64,000 bases of DNA from an uncultured bacterium (GCA_937958885.1 CALGMT010000026.1:32468-96467); one strand, 5' to 3'; shown: positions 32,332 through 41,721, counted from the stretch's first letter. Program-made: numbers and translations. The notes: generated from the letters alone by a model not told the origin.

Positions 32332-33122
32332 AGCCCTATCTCGATCTACTGCGTCGGGTGCGCACTGAAGGCGTGCGGAAATCAGATCGCACCGGCACCG
32401 GCACGTTGAGCGTATTCGGGCATCAAATGCGTTATGACCTCGCGGCGGGGTTTCCGGCGGTGACGACGAAGAAACTGCATTTTCGCTCCATTATTCACGA
32501 GTTGCTCTGGTTCCTGAAGGGCGACACGAATATCGCGTATCTCAAAGCCAACAAGGTCACGATCTGGGATGAATGGGCGGATGCCAACGGCGATTTGGGG
32601 CCGGTGTACGGCGCGCAGTGGAGATCGTGGAGGGCGGCGGACGGGCGGACGGTGGATCAGATCGCACAGGTCGTGGAGCAAATTCGGACGAATCCGGATT
32701 CCCGTCGCCTCGTTGTGACGGCGTGGAATCCCGGCGAGATCGACCGGATGGCGCTCGCGCCGTGCCATTGTCTTTTCCAGTTTTACGTCGCCGAGGAGCG
32801 GCTGTCGTGCCAGCTCTATCAGCGCAGCGGCGATGTGTTTCTCGGGGTGCCGTTCAACATCGCATCGTATGCGCTGCTGACGATGATGATGGCGCAGGTG
32901 ACGGGTTTGCGTCCGGGCGAATTCATCCACACGCTCGGCGACGCGCATTTGTATCTGAACCACCTTGAGCAGGCCGATCTTCAGCTCGCGCGCGAGCCGT
33001 TTCCGCCGCCGACGATGCGCCTGAATCCCGCCGTGAAATCGATCTTCGATTTTCGCTACGAGGACTTTTCGCTTGAGCATTACCAGTGCCACCCGGCGAT
33101 TCCCGCCCCGATTGCGGTGTGA
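32328..33122 (+). CDS. thyA: Thymidylate synthase
   Basis: [35 protein letters not shown]. Confidence 0.98.
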   Translation: MKPYLDLLRRVRTEGVRKSDRTGTGTLSVFGHQMRYDLAAGFPAVTTKKLHFRSIIHELLWFLKGDTNIAYLKANKVTIWDEWADANGDLGPVYGAQWRSWRAADGRTVDQIAQVVEQIRTNPDSRRLVVTAWNPGEIDRMALAPCHCLFQFYVAEERLSCQLYQRSGDVFLGVPFNIASYALLTMMMAQVTGLRPGEFIHTLGDAHLYLNHLEQADLQLAREPFPPPTMRLNPAVKSIFDFRYEDFSLEHYQCHPAIPAPIAV

Positions 33123-33634
33123 GCACGCGCGTGAACATTATCGTGGCCGTTTCGGACAACGGCGTGATCGGACGCGGCGGCGGGCTGCCGTGGCGGCTGC
33201 CGGACGATCTGCGCCGGTTCAAAGCATTGACCATCGGGCATCCGGTCATCATGGGCCGGCGGACGTGGGAATCGCTGGGGCGTCCGTTGCCCGGTCGGCG
33301 CAACATCGTGGTCACGCGCAATCGAGCGTATGCCGCGCAGGGGGTTGAAATTGCGGGTTCATTGCAGAAGGCCCTGGCGCAGGTCGCCGACGCCGCGGAG
33401 GTCTTTGTGATCGGCGGCGCATCGCTCTATGCCGACGCGTTGCCGCTTGCCCATCGGCTGTATCTGACGCGCGTTCACGCCGAGGTGGAGGGGGACGTGC
33501 GATTTCCCGCGTGGTCGCCCGACGACTGGCAGGAGGTTGAAGCCGACGCGCATCCGGCGGATGCGCAACATCCTTTCGCGTTCACCGCACTGGTCTTCGA
33601 ATCTCGCCGCAATCGGCTTGATAAGCGCATTTGA
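33119..33634 (+). CDS. folA: Dihydrofolate reductase
   Basis: [31 protein letters not shown] overlaps the thyA stop. Confidence 0.96.
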   Translation: MSTRVNIIVAVSDNGVIGRGGGLPWRLPDDLRRFKALTIGHPVIMGRRTWESLGRPLPGRRNIVVTRNRAYAAQGVEIAGSLQKALAQVADAAEVFVIGGASLYADALPLAHRLYLTRVHAEVEGDVRFPAWSPDDWQEVEADAHPADAQHPFAFTALVFESRRNRLDKRI

Positions 33635-33646
33635 CGCGCGTATTGT
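33618..33646 (+). promoter_or_regulatory. Putative sigma70 promoter giving a leaderless transcript of the CxxC leader gene
   Basis: TTGATA-17 bp-TATTGT; the GTG start at 33653 lies 7 nt after the -10 box and has no SD. Confidence 0.55.
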
Positions 33647-33652
33647 CTCATC

Positions 33653-34039
33653 GTGTCCCGCGCCGTCCATTTCATCGTCGCCGTTGCCCTATTTGCCGCG
33701 TCCAATTTGCATCTGCCCGTGCTGCAGGTGGTGGCGTGGACGGGCATGATTGTCTCCTACAGCCAGGGCCGAACGGTTTCAGAGGCGGTTCGCATGACCT
33801 TCGACGGCGAGCATCCGTGCCCGATGTGCAAAGCCATTAAGAAGCAGCAAACGGAGCAACCGCAGCAACTTCAAGTTGCGTCGCCCACAATGAGATTGAT
33901 GGCCGTTTGGGAACCCCCTGACGGTTACGAGCATATCCGCATTATGGTGGATCGTCTGGGCGATTTTACTAACGCCTGGGCTTCATTTTCATGGCCGCCC
34001 GAGCGGCTTCCTCCGCGCGTACACGCCATCTTCGGCTAG
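33653..34039 (+). CDS. DUF2946/CruR/CutF-like putative metal-sensing leader protein
   Basis: N-terminal hydrophobic segment, FDGEHPCPMC CxxC, C-terminal PPERLPPR proline motif. Confidence 0.65.
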   Translation: MSRAVHFIVAVALFAASNLHLPVLQVVAWTGMIVSYSQGRTVSEAVRMTFDGEHPCPMCKAIKKQQTEQPQQLQVASPTMRLMAVWEPPDGYEHIRIMVDRLGDFTNAWASFSWPPERLPPRVHAIFG

Positions 34040-34124
34040 CCGTACGACGATCGTTCAAGAGCGCACAACCCGTCCAACTCTCGGCGGGCGGAGTGCGCCG
34101 TCCAATAAAATCAATTCGGAGGAA
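34008..34124 (+). promoter_or_regulatory. Putative translational attenuator (anti-SD/SD pairing plus intergenic hairpin)
   Basis: TTCCTCCG 34008-34015 is the exact complement of CGGAGGAA 34117-34124; GCGCAC/GTGCGC hairpin at 34061-34098 lies between them. Confidence 0.5.
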
Positions 34125-34130
34125 TCTTTT

Positions 34131-34928
34131 GTGAAGAAAGTTTTACTGTGTGTCTTAGCTCTGCCGCTTGCTGTTCAAGCGGCCACCATTACCAACGTCC
34201 CGATGCAGGGCGGCATGATCATGCCGATGTTCGAATATCACGACGATCACGGGCATCTTCATGTGATGATGCCGACGAATGTCCCCCAGTTGACCCCCTT
34301 GTTGGTCAGTCATCCGGCGGACAATTTCGATCCGGCCGATCCGTGGTTCAACAACCTGGATCCCAGCGCGCAGGGATATTCATTCAGCCGCCGGTATGGC
34401 TGGGTGATGAGCGGCATGAGCGATCCGCTCCCGCCCAACACAGCAATATGGATTCGAAAACTTTCCGGCTCGCCTGAGCTGGGGTTTTATCGCTACAGCG
34501 GGTCCATGCCCAAAGCGTGGGAGCCGATCTACGGCACTGACGGTTCGCCTATGGCGCGGATGTGGAACGGCATGATGTTCCATCCGGGCGTCTCTGCGCC
34601 GCCCGGAACAAACCCGCTGTCGGCGACGTTCGAGGCCTATCTGGTGGATACCGTCACGTCGAACGAAGTCGCCGGCTCCAGCACAGGGCCGTTCGTCCTC
34701 AACTTCACGAATGTGGGGGATGGGCGTCCGGTGTTGGATGCAGCGATGAAGTTTGCCGTGCAATGGGATCCTGCTGCGACAAACTGGGGCTTGGAGTGGG
34801 CGCATTCGCCTACATCCACCGTGTGGAATGCTGTGACCAATATGCCTGTTGAGATCGACGGTTCCGCTACCGTGATCCAGGACCCGAGCGCAGGCTCGCG
34901 CGTCTATCGGCTGCGCAGATTGCCATAA
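34131..34928 (+). CDS. Secreted Met/His-rich putative copper-binding protein with PVC-type C-terminal domain
   Basis: Signal peptide ending AVQA, MQGGMIMPMFEYHDDHGHLHVMM, MWNGMMFHPG, C-terminal W..WGLEW...W...D...RVYRL. Confidence 0.7.
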   Translation: MKKVLLCVLALPLAVQAATITNVPMQGGMIMPMFEYHDDHGHLHVMMPTNVPQLTPLLVSHPADNFDPADPWFNNLDPSAQGYSFSRRYGWVMSGMSDPLPPNTAIWIRKLSGSPELGFYRYSGSMPKAWEPIYGTDGSPMARMWNGMMFHPGVSAPPGTNPLSATFEAYLVDTVTSNEVAGSSTGPFVLNFTNVGDGRPVLDAAMKFAVQWDPAATNWGLEWAHSPTSTVWNAVTNMPVEIDGSATVIQDPSAGSRVYRLRRLP

Positions 34929-34978
34929 CGCACTCGTCCGGCCTCGACCCCGCAACGGGTCGAGGCCGGATTCGTGCG
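34929..34978 (+). other. Strong intercistronic hairpin (mRNA stabiliser/attenuator, no U-tract)
   Basis: 14-bp perfect stem TCCGGCCTCGACCC/GGGTCGAGGCCGGA (34937-34970), extended by CGCAC/GTGCG. Confidence 0.7.
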
Positions 34979-34992
34979 GCGAGGATGTAGTC

Positions 34993-35658
34993 ATGCGAAG
35001 GGGGAATGCGGCCGCTAATGCGTTCACGCTGATCGAGTTGCTGGTCGTGCTGGCGATCATCGCGATTCTGGCCGGCCTGGTCGTGCCGTCCTTGTTGCGC
35101 GCGCGCGAGCAAGCGTTCCGGGCGGCGTGTTCATCCAATATGCGGCAGATCGCCATCGCAACGTTGTCGTTTGCGGATGATCGCGACGGGCGGTTTCCCC
35201 GAAGCCAGCATTCGGCTTTTACCCATGGCGAGCGTCCATGGGCGCGCGCAGTGGCCACGTATCTCGGATCGGATGATCGACGCTGGACGAATCTGCTCAA
35301 GGGCGTGTATCGATGCCCGCGCGACGGCCGCCGGAATATGTTGAGCTACGGCTTGAATGTCTATTTTGAACTGGGGCCTGAAGACGATTATGAAGGGCGG
35401 CCGGCCATGTGGCGTACCCGCGATGCGGTGCCGCGGCCGTGGGCCACGATTTTATTGGGGGAGAATGACAGCGACGCGGACCATATCATGCCCAATTTCT
35501 GGGGTTCCATTTCGGACGTCGCCGATCTTGCCTTCGACCGGCACGGGGAGGGCGCGAATTATGTGTTTGTGGACGGGCACGTCGAATTTCGAGCTTTGAA
35601 TCGGGTGTTTGACCCTCAACGAAATGTCGACGCATGGAACCCCCTTAAAGCAGAATAA
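34993..35658 (+). CDS. Prepilin-type N-terminal cleavage/methylation protein with H-X9-DG domain
   Basis: A|FTLIELLVVLAIIAIL, CSSNMRQI, YRCP, SYGLN, RHGEGANYVFVDGH. Confidence 0.9.
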   Translation: MRRGNAAANAFTLIELLVVLAIIAILAGLVVPSLLRAREQAFRAACSSNMRQIAIATLSFADDRDGRFPRSQHSAFTHGERPWARAVATYLGSDDRRWTNLLKGVYRCPRDGRRNMLSYGLNVYFELGPEDDYEGRPAMWRTRDAVPRPWATILLGENDSDADHIMPNFWGSISDVADLAFDRHGEGANYVFVDGHVEFRALNRVFDPQRNVDAWNPLKAE

Positions 35659-35678
35659 CAAACCAGGAGCGTATCGAT

Positions 35679-37076
35679 ATGCAGACGAGAACCTCTGCGA
35701 TAACGGCATTGGCTGAAGAACAGGCGCGGGCGACGGCGCCGCGGATCGGATGGGTCGGCTTACACGGGTGGCTCATCGCAGCGGCGATGGCGCTTGCGGT
35801 AGCTGCGGGGCTCGCCATGCGCGTGGAATGGCTTACGCCGCAACTGGACGCGATGCAGGCCCGGACCTTTGGCGTAGCGCTTACGGCACACGGCGCGCTT
35901 TCGTTTTACTTTGTGCTGATCCCGTCCGCGTTCATTATCCCCATGCTGATGATCGCGCAACGCGGGCGCGCGGATGGAACTATGCCATTTCCTCGACTGG
36001 TGCGCACAGCCGCGTATTTGCAAGCCGCGGGATTGCTTGCGCTGTTGATGCTCGTCCTGACAGGAGGGAGCGAGGCGGGCTGGAATGGCGCGTCAATTTT
36101 TGGCGGGTCGTTTAATGATGCGTCTCTAATCGGCTTGGCCGGCCTCCTGGCCGCGCTGGCGATGGTGGCGCAGGGTGTGCACGCCGCGATGGTCGGCGCG
36201 ATGGCCAACGGCACGGATCAAGACCGCACGGTTTCGCGCGTGGCGTTATTCACCTCCGGCGTGATGGCCTTGCCGACGGGCGGTGTTCTGGCGCTGTGCA
36301 TGGCGAGTGTGCTGATGGATGGTTTGGGCGTTGCCTCCATGTTCAACGCGGCGTTCGGCGGCAATCCGGCCCTCTATGAGCGCTTATTTCAACTCTTCAA
36401 GGTTTCCGCGCTCGCGCTGTGTTGCGTGACGCCCGCCTTTGCGTTTGCGGCCTTGGCGAGCCGCGACCCGCTTGGCGCTCGCGCGCAGATCGCGCTCAGA
36501 GTGCTCGCGGCCGTTGCACTCGTTGCCGCCGTTCCGATCGGCGGCATTCTGCTGTCTTGGAAATACGCGATGGCTGCGGCGGTCTTTTTCGGGTTGGGCG
36601 TGTTTTCGATGAGGCGCAGTCGAGGCGCTCCCGAACACTGGGCGACATACGGCATTTGGGCAATGTTTTGGATTTCCGGCATTCAGGGCTTGATGGCCGG
36701 ATTCATGACCTCGCTTCCGGGCGCACTGTCCATCTTCAGCCAGACCACCCTGGAGAGCGCGGCGCTGCACATGACCGCGCTCGCGGCGTTCGGGTTCGGC
36801 CTGCCCGCCGTGTGGCTGGCAAGCGATGAAGCGGCAGGGCGCGCGAGCAGAGCGCCGCGGATATTTTTCTGCGCCCTCGTGCTTTTTGCCGGCGTTCAAC
36901 TGACGTTTTTGCCGGATGCCTTGCTCGGATTGCGAGGACTCTCATACCGCGCAAACGCGTATCCAGCCGAGTTTCAGGTGCTCAAGATTTTTGGGACAGC
37001 GGGGTCAACAGTCATGGTGACCGGTCTCGCGCTGGTGTTCGGGTCCCTGCTTTTCAGGAAACCGCGCGCGGAGTAG
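35679..37076 (+). CDS. Degenerate heme-copper oxidase subunit I homolog (probably catalytically inactive)
   Basis: Aligns by eye with local CoxA (TPQ.D..Q..T....T.HG, FPRL, GG...GW, GG.P.L...LF, LTF.P..LG..G); CuB and heme a3 His ligands absent. Confidence 0.75.
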   Translation: MQTRTSAITALAEEQARATAPRIGWVGLHGWLIAAAMALAVAAGLAMRVEWLTPQLDAMQARTFGVALTAHGALSFYFVLIPSAFIIPMLMIAQRGRADGTMPFPRLVRTAAYLQAAGLLALLMLVLTGGSEAGWNGASIFGGSFNDASLIGLAGLLAALAMVAQGVHAAMVGAMANGTDQDRTVSRVALFTSGVMALPTGGVLALCMASVLMDGLGVASMFNAAFGGNPALYERLFQLFKVSALALCCVTPAFAFAALASRDPLGARAQIALRVLAAVALVAAVPIGGILLSWKYAMAAAVFFGLGVFSMRRSRGAPEHWATYGIWAMFWISGIQGLMAGFMTSLPGALSIFSQTTLESAALHMTALAAFGFGLPAVWLASDEAAGRASRAPRIFFCALVLFAGVQLTFLPDALLGLRGLSYRANAYPAEFQVLKIFGTAGSTVMVTGLALVFGSLLFRKPRAE

Positions 37077-37157
37077 CGGCATCATTTCCGGCAAACGGTG
37101 ATTGCTGGCTGAACGACGCGCCGGCATGCGCCAGCGCGCGCGATGAGCTCAGCCCTC

Positions 37158-37238
37158 TTGCATTGCTCAATTAGCCTTCATTATATAAAAATATTTTCTC
37201 AATAAAAACGCTTTACTAAATTAGTAAATCGTTTTACT
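37158..37238 (+). promoter_or_regulatory. AT-rich promoter region with two LacI-family-like operators
   Basis: TTGCAT-17-TTATAT; ATAAAAACGCTTTACT (37202-37217) and AGTAAATCGTTTTACT (37223-37238), both centred on CG, 21 bp apart. Confidence 0.6.
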
Positions 37239-37284
37239 TTTGCCCTTCAGAAGTCGGGACGCGTTCAAACTGAAGGGCATAAGC

Positions 37285-40200
37285 ATGAGTACACGGACGT
37301 TGAAATGGATGCTTTTAGGGGGATGGATTGGATTGGCCTTGGGCCTTTCGGCGGTCGCGGGACCGCACGATATCATTTCCCGGTTGGAGGGGAATCCGGG
37401 ATACTCGTTTTTCCCAAGTCCGTCAGACTGGCGCGATGTGAACATGTATCAGTTGTTCACCGACCGTTTTTACGACGGCAATCAGGCCAACAACCTCGCG
37501 CGCCAATCGACCGCCGGCGTGCCGTGGTACAACGTGTCCGGCAGCAACCATGAGACGAACCGACATTTTGCGCAGGGCGGCGACTGGGCGGGGATCAAGC
37601 AGAAGCTGCCCTATCTCAAGGGAATGGGGGTCAATGCGATCTGGATATCCGGCGTTCAGATCAACGAGCAGGGGATCGACAAGCGCTTCACGCCGTATCA
37701 CGCGTATCACCCGTCCGATTTCTACAAAGTCGAGCCGCTCTTCGGCACGTTCGCCGAGCTGAAAGACCTGATCGACACCGCACACAGCAACGGCGTCTAT
37801 GTGATCATCGATGTGGTGGTCAACCACATGGCGGACTTGCTGAAGTACACCGATTGCAACTGCAACTATGCGGGCTATTGCGCCAACAACTGCGGGCAGC
37901 TCGCCTATTGGGACAACAACGTCCGATTCGGCGCGCCGTTCGACAACCCCGCGCTGTTCCACAACAACGGCACGATCGGCGACAGCGACTGGGACACCTA
38001 TCCGCGCTACATCAACGGCGCGTTTCTCGGCACGGAGGATTTGAAGACGGAAGACCCGTTCGTTCAAAGCGAGCTCAAGAAGGCGTTCAAACATCTGATC
38101 GACGCGACGGATTGCGACGGCTTCCGCGTGGATGCGATCAAGCACATGGAATACAATTTCATCAAGGATTGGGCGCACGAGATGCGCGTGCACGCGGCCG
38201 CGCGCGGCAAGACGAATTTCATCCTGTTTGGCGAGTATTTCTCCTACGACGACAACACGCAGGCGTCGTACTGCAAAGACGAGGGCTATTCGTTCAACTC
38301 GACGCTTTGGTTTCCGATGCAGATGACGCTGAAGAATGTCTTCGCGTTCGAGCAGGGGACGGTCCAGCTCGAGCAGCGCATGAACGCGATGAACCTCTAC
38401 GGCGAGGCGAAGGACAAGCTCGTCGCCTTCCTCGACAACCACGACGTGGACCGCATCGCGCTGGAGGCGGGTCCGCAGTGGGAGGCGAAATTGCGCCCCG
38501 GCCTGACGTTCCTCTACACCGCGCTGCCGGTGCCGTGCCTGTTTTATGGCACGGAGCACGGCTTCAATCAGGGCGAGCGCCGGAACGGATCGCCGGTGCT
38601 GGGCCTGGCCGATTTTCAGCGCGAGAACATGATGAACTTCGGCTTTCAATGGGGCAACGCATACGGCGACAAGTTTTTCGCGAGCCCGCTTTACAACCAC
38701 ATCAAGAAGCTCAACGAGCTGCGCGCGCAGTATCCGTCGCTCCGGCGAGGCGCGATAACGCAGCGCTGGTCTGAGGGCGGCAAAGGGTTGTTCGCATTTA
38801 CGCGCACGCTCGGGCAGGAGGAGGCGCTCGTCGCGTTCAATACCGATTGGACCAGCAAGTCGATGAACCCGCAGGTGGCCAAGCCGAACGGCACCGTGTT
38901 CGTGAATGCGCTGAATCCGTCCGAGCAGGTGACGGTGGCGGGCGGACGCCTGTCGTTCTCCGTGGCGGGCAAGGAGTCGAAAATCTTTGTCGCCGGCGCG
39001 GGCTCTTCCTCCGTCAGCACGACGTGCAACGCGACGACCTTGAACATCACCTACACGCCGAACGCGGGCCCCCTGGCCGCGCCGGTGGGGAATGTGCGTT
39101 TGGGGCTCGTCCGCAATTCGGACACGGGGCATATCGATGTGGTGATGACGAAGGTGGCGAACGATTGGATTTACGCGTATCCGCTCACCTCCGGCACGAC
39201 CAGCGTTCGCTTTTGGTTTCGGGATGAGGCCGTCCCTCCGACGTACGACAATCGCGGCGGACAGGATTGGATCGTGGACACCAGCGGCTGCGGGTTGCCG
39301 ACGGTGGATCTCGCGTGGATCGGCAATGAGTATCACTGGCCGCCGAACGGCGATCTCGACGCGGGCGAGACGCTGTGGATCAACGTCGAGTCCTGGCCGC
39401 AGGGCGCGGCGATTGATGGGCAAGTGGTCTATCAAGTCAATGGCGGCGCGTGGAATTCGGTTCCGCTGGTCTGGAATGGCACCGCGGGGAATAACGATGC
39501 CTGGCATCGAAACCTCGGTTCATTCCCCGGCGGCGCGACGATCAAATACGCGATCAGCCTGCGCGGTCGAAACGGCGACCTCTGGCTGAACAACAACAAC
39601 CAGGACTACACGGCGACCGTCAATGCCAGCCCGAACGGCGTGCAGTGGATCGGCAACACGCATCACTGGCCGGAAAACGGCGCGATCGAGCCGGATAGCG
39701 ATCTATGGATCAACATCGAATCCTGGCCGATCGGCGCGGCGGTCACCGGCGAGGTGGTGTATTCCTATGACGGCGGCGCGACCTGGTTCGCGCGGGGCTT
39801 GAGGAAGAACGGGACTATCGCGAACAACGATTGGCTAAACAGCAACCTTGGTCAATTCCCGCCGAGCGCGACCGTGCGCTACGCGGTGAAGGTCACCGAC
39901 GGCGATGGCGTCGATCACTGGGACAACAACAACGGCAGCAACTTCGTCGCGTTGATCAACGCCGCGTCGTCGTCGCTGCGATGGTTCGGCAACACCAAGC
40001 CCGGCGGTGTGAGAAAGCCGGAGGCCGGCATCGGTATGAACCCGGCCACGCGCAAGGTGCAGGTCGAGATGGAAAACCTGACCAGCAACGCGCTTTACAG
40101 CATCCTCGTTTCGCAAAATCTGATGACCTGGTCGAATCTCGCCTCCGTCGCGGCGGATGAACCGGTCGAAATCATGGAATTGCTGAATGATCCCGTGCAG

Positions 40201-41721
40201 GGCCCCTTCGCGGCCTTCGCCATTCGCGTCGATTGGACGCCTGCCGTCGCGGTCTATGACGGCGAAGAAGCGATGGTTAGCGTGGAAACGTGGCCTATCG
40301 GCGGCGCGACAGGCGCGACCATCGTGTTCAGCTCGGATGGCGGGACGAACTGGCACGCGCGTCCGATGCGCAAGTCCGGCACGCGCGGCAACAACGACGT
40401 CTGGACCGTCTCGCTCGGCAACTTTCCGATCGGAACGACCGTTCGCTATGCCATTGAAATCATGGACGACCAGGCGCAGGCCCAGTGGGACAACAATAAC
40501 GGACAGGACCACCGCTTTACGGTGCTCGACCCGAACCAGACGGACTTCAATCCGCCGACGACGGGCTACAGTCCGTCCAATCTGACGACGTCGGCGTCGA
40601 CGTTGGGCGTGACCTTGACCGCGTCGGACGACATCGATCCTAACCCGACGATCTACTACACGACGAACGGTTCCACGCCGACGACCGGCAGCGCGGTCTA
40701 TTCGGGGCCGATTCTGGTGACCGACCAAGGTTCGGGCATCGACATGACCATCAAGTTTTTCGCGCGCGACGCGTCGGGCAACAACTCGGCCGTCGTCACG
40801 CTGGACGTGCGCGTCAACCATACGACCGCATTCGGCGCCGACAAACCGTATTCGACCAACCCGACGCTCGGCCGCCGGGTGCCCAACGGGTCGATCACCA
40901 TCGATGGCGCGAACAGCGGCGAGTGGACCACGAATAATCTGATCGCGCTCGACATGGCAAACGACGACCCTCGTTCGCTCGGGTCGAACTGGACGATGCA
41001 CGAAGCGCCGATCGACCTCACGCATATGTGGGCGGCGTGGGACGACAACTATCTCTATCTCGCCTGGCAGTACGTCGATGTGACGGACATCATCGATCCG
41101 GCAAATGCCGGCAGCGCCGGCGGCGGGAAAATCTCCAATAACGACGGCATCTTGCAGTGGATCGTCCTCGACACGATTCCCGGCGCGGGCTCGACGAACG
41201 ACATGTGGAACAAGAAGAACCACTGGGCCGGGTCGCATCGGCCGGACTATCAAATCTATCTCGCGGGCAGTCTGTGGCAGGGCTACATCTCGCGCGCGGT
41301 GGGCGGCGTGTTTCCGGTCGATGACGGCGGCGTGAACTACCGCACCATTGCGGGCGCGGGGATCACGGTGGCGAAGGGCAACCTTTTCGCGGCAAACGCG
41401 CTTTGGGGGGTGGGTGACGCGGATGACCGTTTCAATCCGGGCGCGCCGAACCGCAATTTCCTCGCGGAGGGCCACAACACCGCGCGCGACAGTTTCTATG
41501 AGATGCGCATACCGCTGTCCTACCTGAACGTGACCGCCGCGCAGTTGGAGGCCGGCGGAATCGGTGTGATGATTGGCGGCGGATCCTTGTCGACGATGGA
41601 TTCGATTCCAAACGATCCGGCCACGTCCGACACGCCCGGCGTCGAGTCCTACAACTCGTCCTTTGAGTGGGCTGATCGGGACGTCTTCACCGTTCCGTTC
41701 GCGCGCATAGGCGCGGACTGA
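37285..41721 (+). CDS. Secreted multidomain GH13 alpha-amylase-family enzyme
   Basis: Signal peptide; YQLFTDRF, DVVVNH, DGFRVDAIKH, GEYF, FLDNHD; three ~105-aa CBM-like repeats; IYYTTNGSTP Fn3-associated domain; C-terminal DOMON/CBM9-like domain. Confidence 0.9.
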   Translation: MSTRTLKWMLLGGWIGLALGLSAVAGPHDIISRLEGNPGYSFFPSPSDWRDVNMYQLFTDRFYDGNQANNLARQSTAGVPWYNVSGSNHETNRHFAQGGDWAGIKQKLPYLKGMGVNAIWISGVQINEQGIDKRFTPYHAYHPSDFYKVEPLFGTFAELKDLIDTAHSNGVYVIIDVVVNHMADLLKYTDCNCNYAGYCANNCGQLAYWDNNVRFGAPFDNPALFHNNGTIGDSDWDTYPRYINGAFLGTEDLKTEDPFVQSELKKAFKHLIDATDCDGFRVDAIKHMEYNFIKDWAHEMRVHAAARGKTNFILFGEYFSYDDNTQASYCKDEGYSFNSTLWFPMQMTLKNVFAFEQGTVQLEQRMNAMNLYGEAKDKLVAFLDNHDVDRIALEAGPQWEAKLRPGLTFLYTALPVPCLFYGTEHGFNQGERRNGSPVLGLADFQRENMMNFGFQWGNAYGDKFFASPLYNHIKKLNELRAQYPSLRRGAITQRWSEGGKGLFAFTRTLGQEEALVAFNTDWTSKSMNPQVAKPNGTVFVNALNPSEQVTVAGGRLSFSVAGKESKIFVAGAGSSSVSTTCNATTLNITYTPNAGPLAAPVGNVRLGLVRNSDTGHIDVVMTKVANDWIYAYPLTSGTTSVRFWFRDEAVPPTYDNRGGQDWIVDTSGCGLPTVDLAWIGNEYHWPPNGDLDAGETLWINVESWPQGAAIDGQVVYQVNGGAWNSVPLVWNGTAGNNDAWHRNLGSFPGGATIKYAISLRGRNGDLWLNNNNQDYTATVNASPNGVQWIGNTHHWPENGAIEPDSDLWINIESWPIGAAVTGEVVYSYDGGATWFARGLRKNGTIANNDWLNSNLGQFPPSATVRYAVKVTDGDGVDHWDNNNGSNFVALINAASSSLRWFGNTKPGGVRKPEAGIGMNPATRKVQVEMENLTSNALYSILVSQNLMTWSNLASVAADEPVEIMELLNDPVQGPFAAFAIRVDWTPAVAVYDGEEAMVSVETWPIGGATGATIVFSSDGGTNWHARPMRKSGTRGNNDVWTVSLGNFPIGTTVRYAIEIMDDQAQAQWDNNNGQDHRFTVLDPNQTDFNPPTTGYSPSNLTTSASTLGVTLTASDDIDPNPTIYYTTNGSTPTTGSAVYSGPILVTDQGSGIDMTIKFFARDASGNNSAVVTLDVRVNHTTAFGADKPYSTNPTLGRRVPNGSITIDGANSGEWTTNNLIALDMANDDPRSLGSNWTMHEAPIDLTHMWAAWDDNYLYLAWQYVDVTDIIDPANAGSAGGGKISNNDGILQWIVLDTIPGAGSTNDMWNKKNHWAGSHRPDYQIYLAGSLWQGYISRAVGGVFPVDDGGVNYRTIAGAGITVAKGNLFAANALWGVGDADDRFNPGAPNRNFLAEGHNTARDSFYEMRIPLSYLNVTAAQLEAGGIGVMIGGGSLSTMDSIPNDPATSDTPGVESYNSSFEWADRDVFTVPFARIGAD

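Noticed and set aside
37423..41475. Long antisense ORFs (694 and 546 aa) opposite the amylase, and similar ones opposite lptD, pilC and coxA
   Set aside because: Shadow ORFs expected from high-GC codon bias; no recognisable motifs
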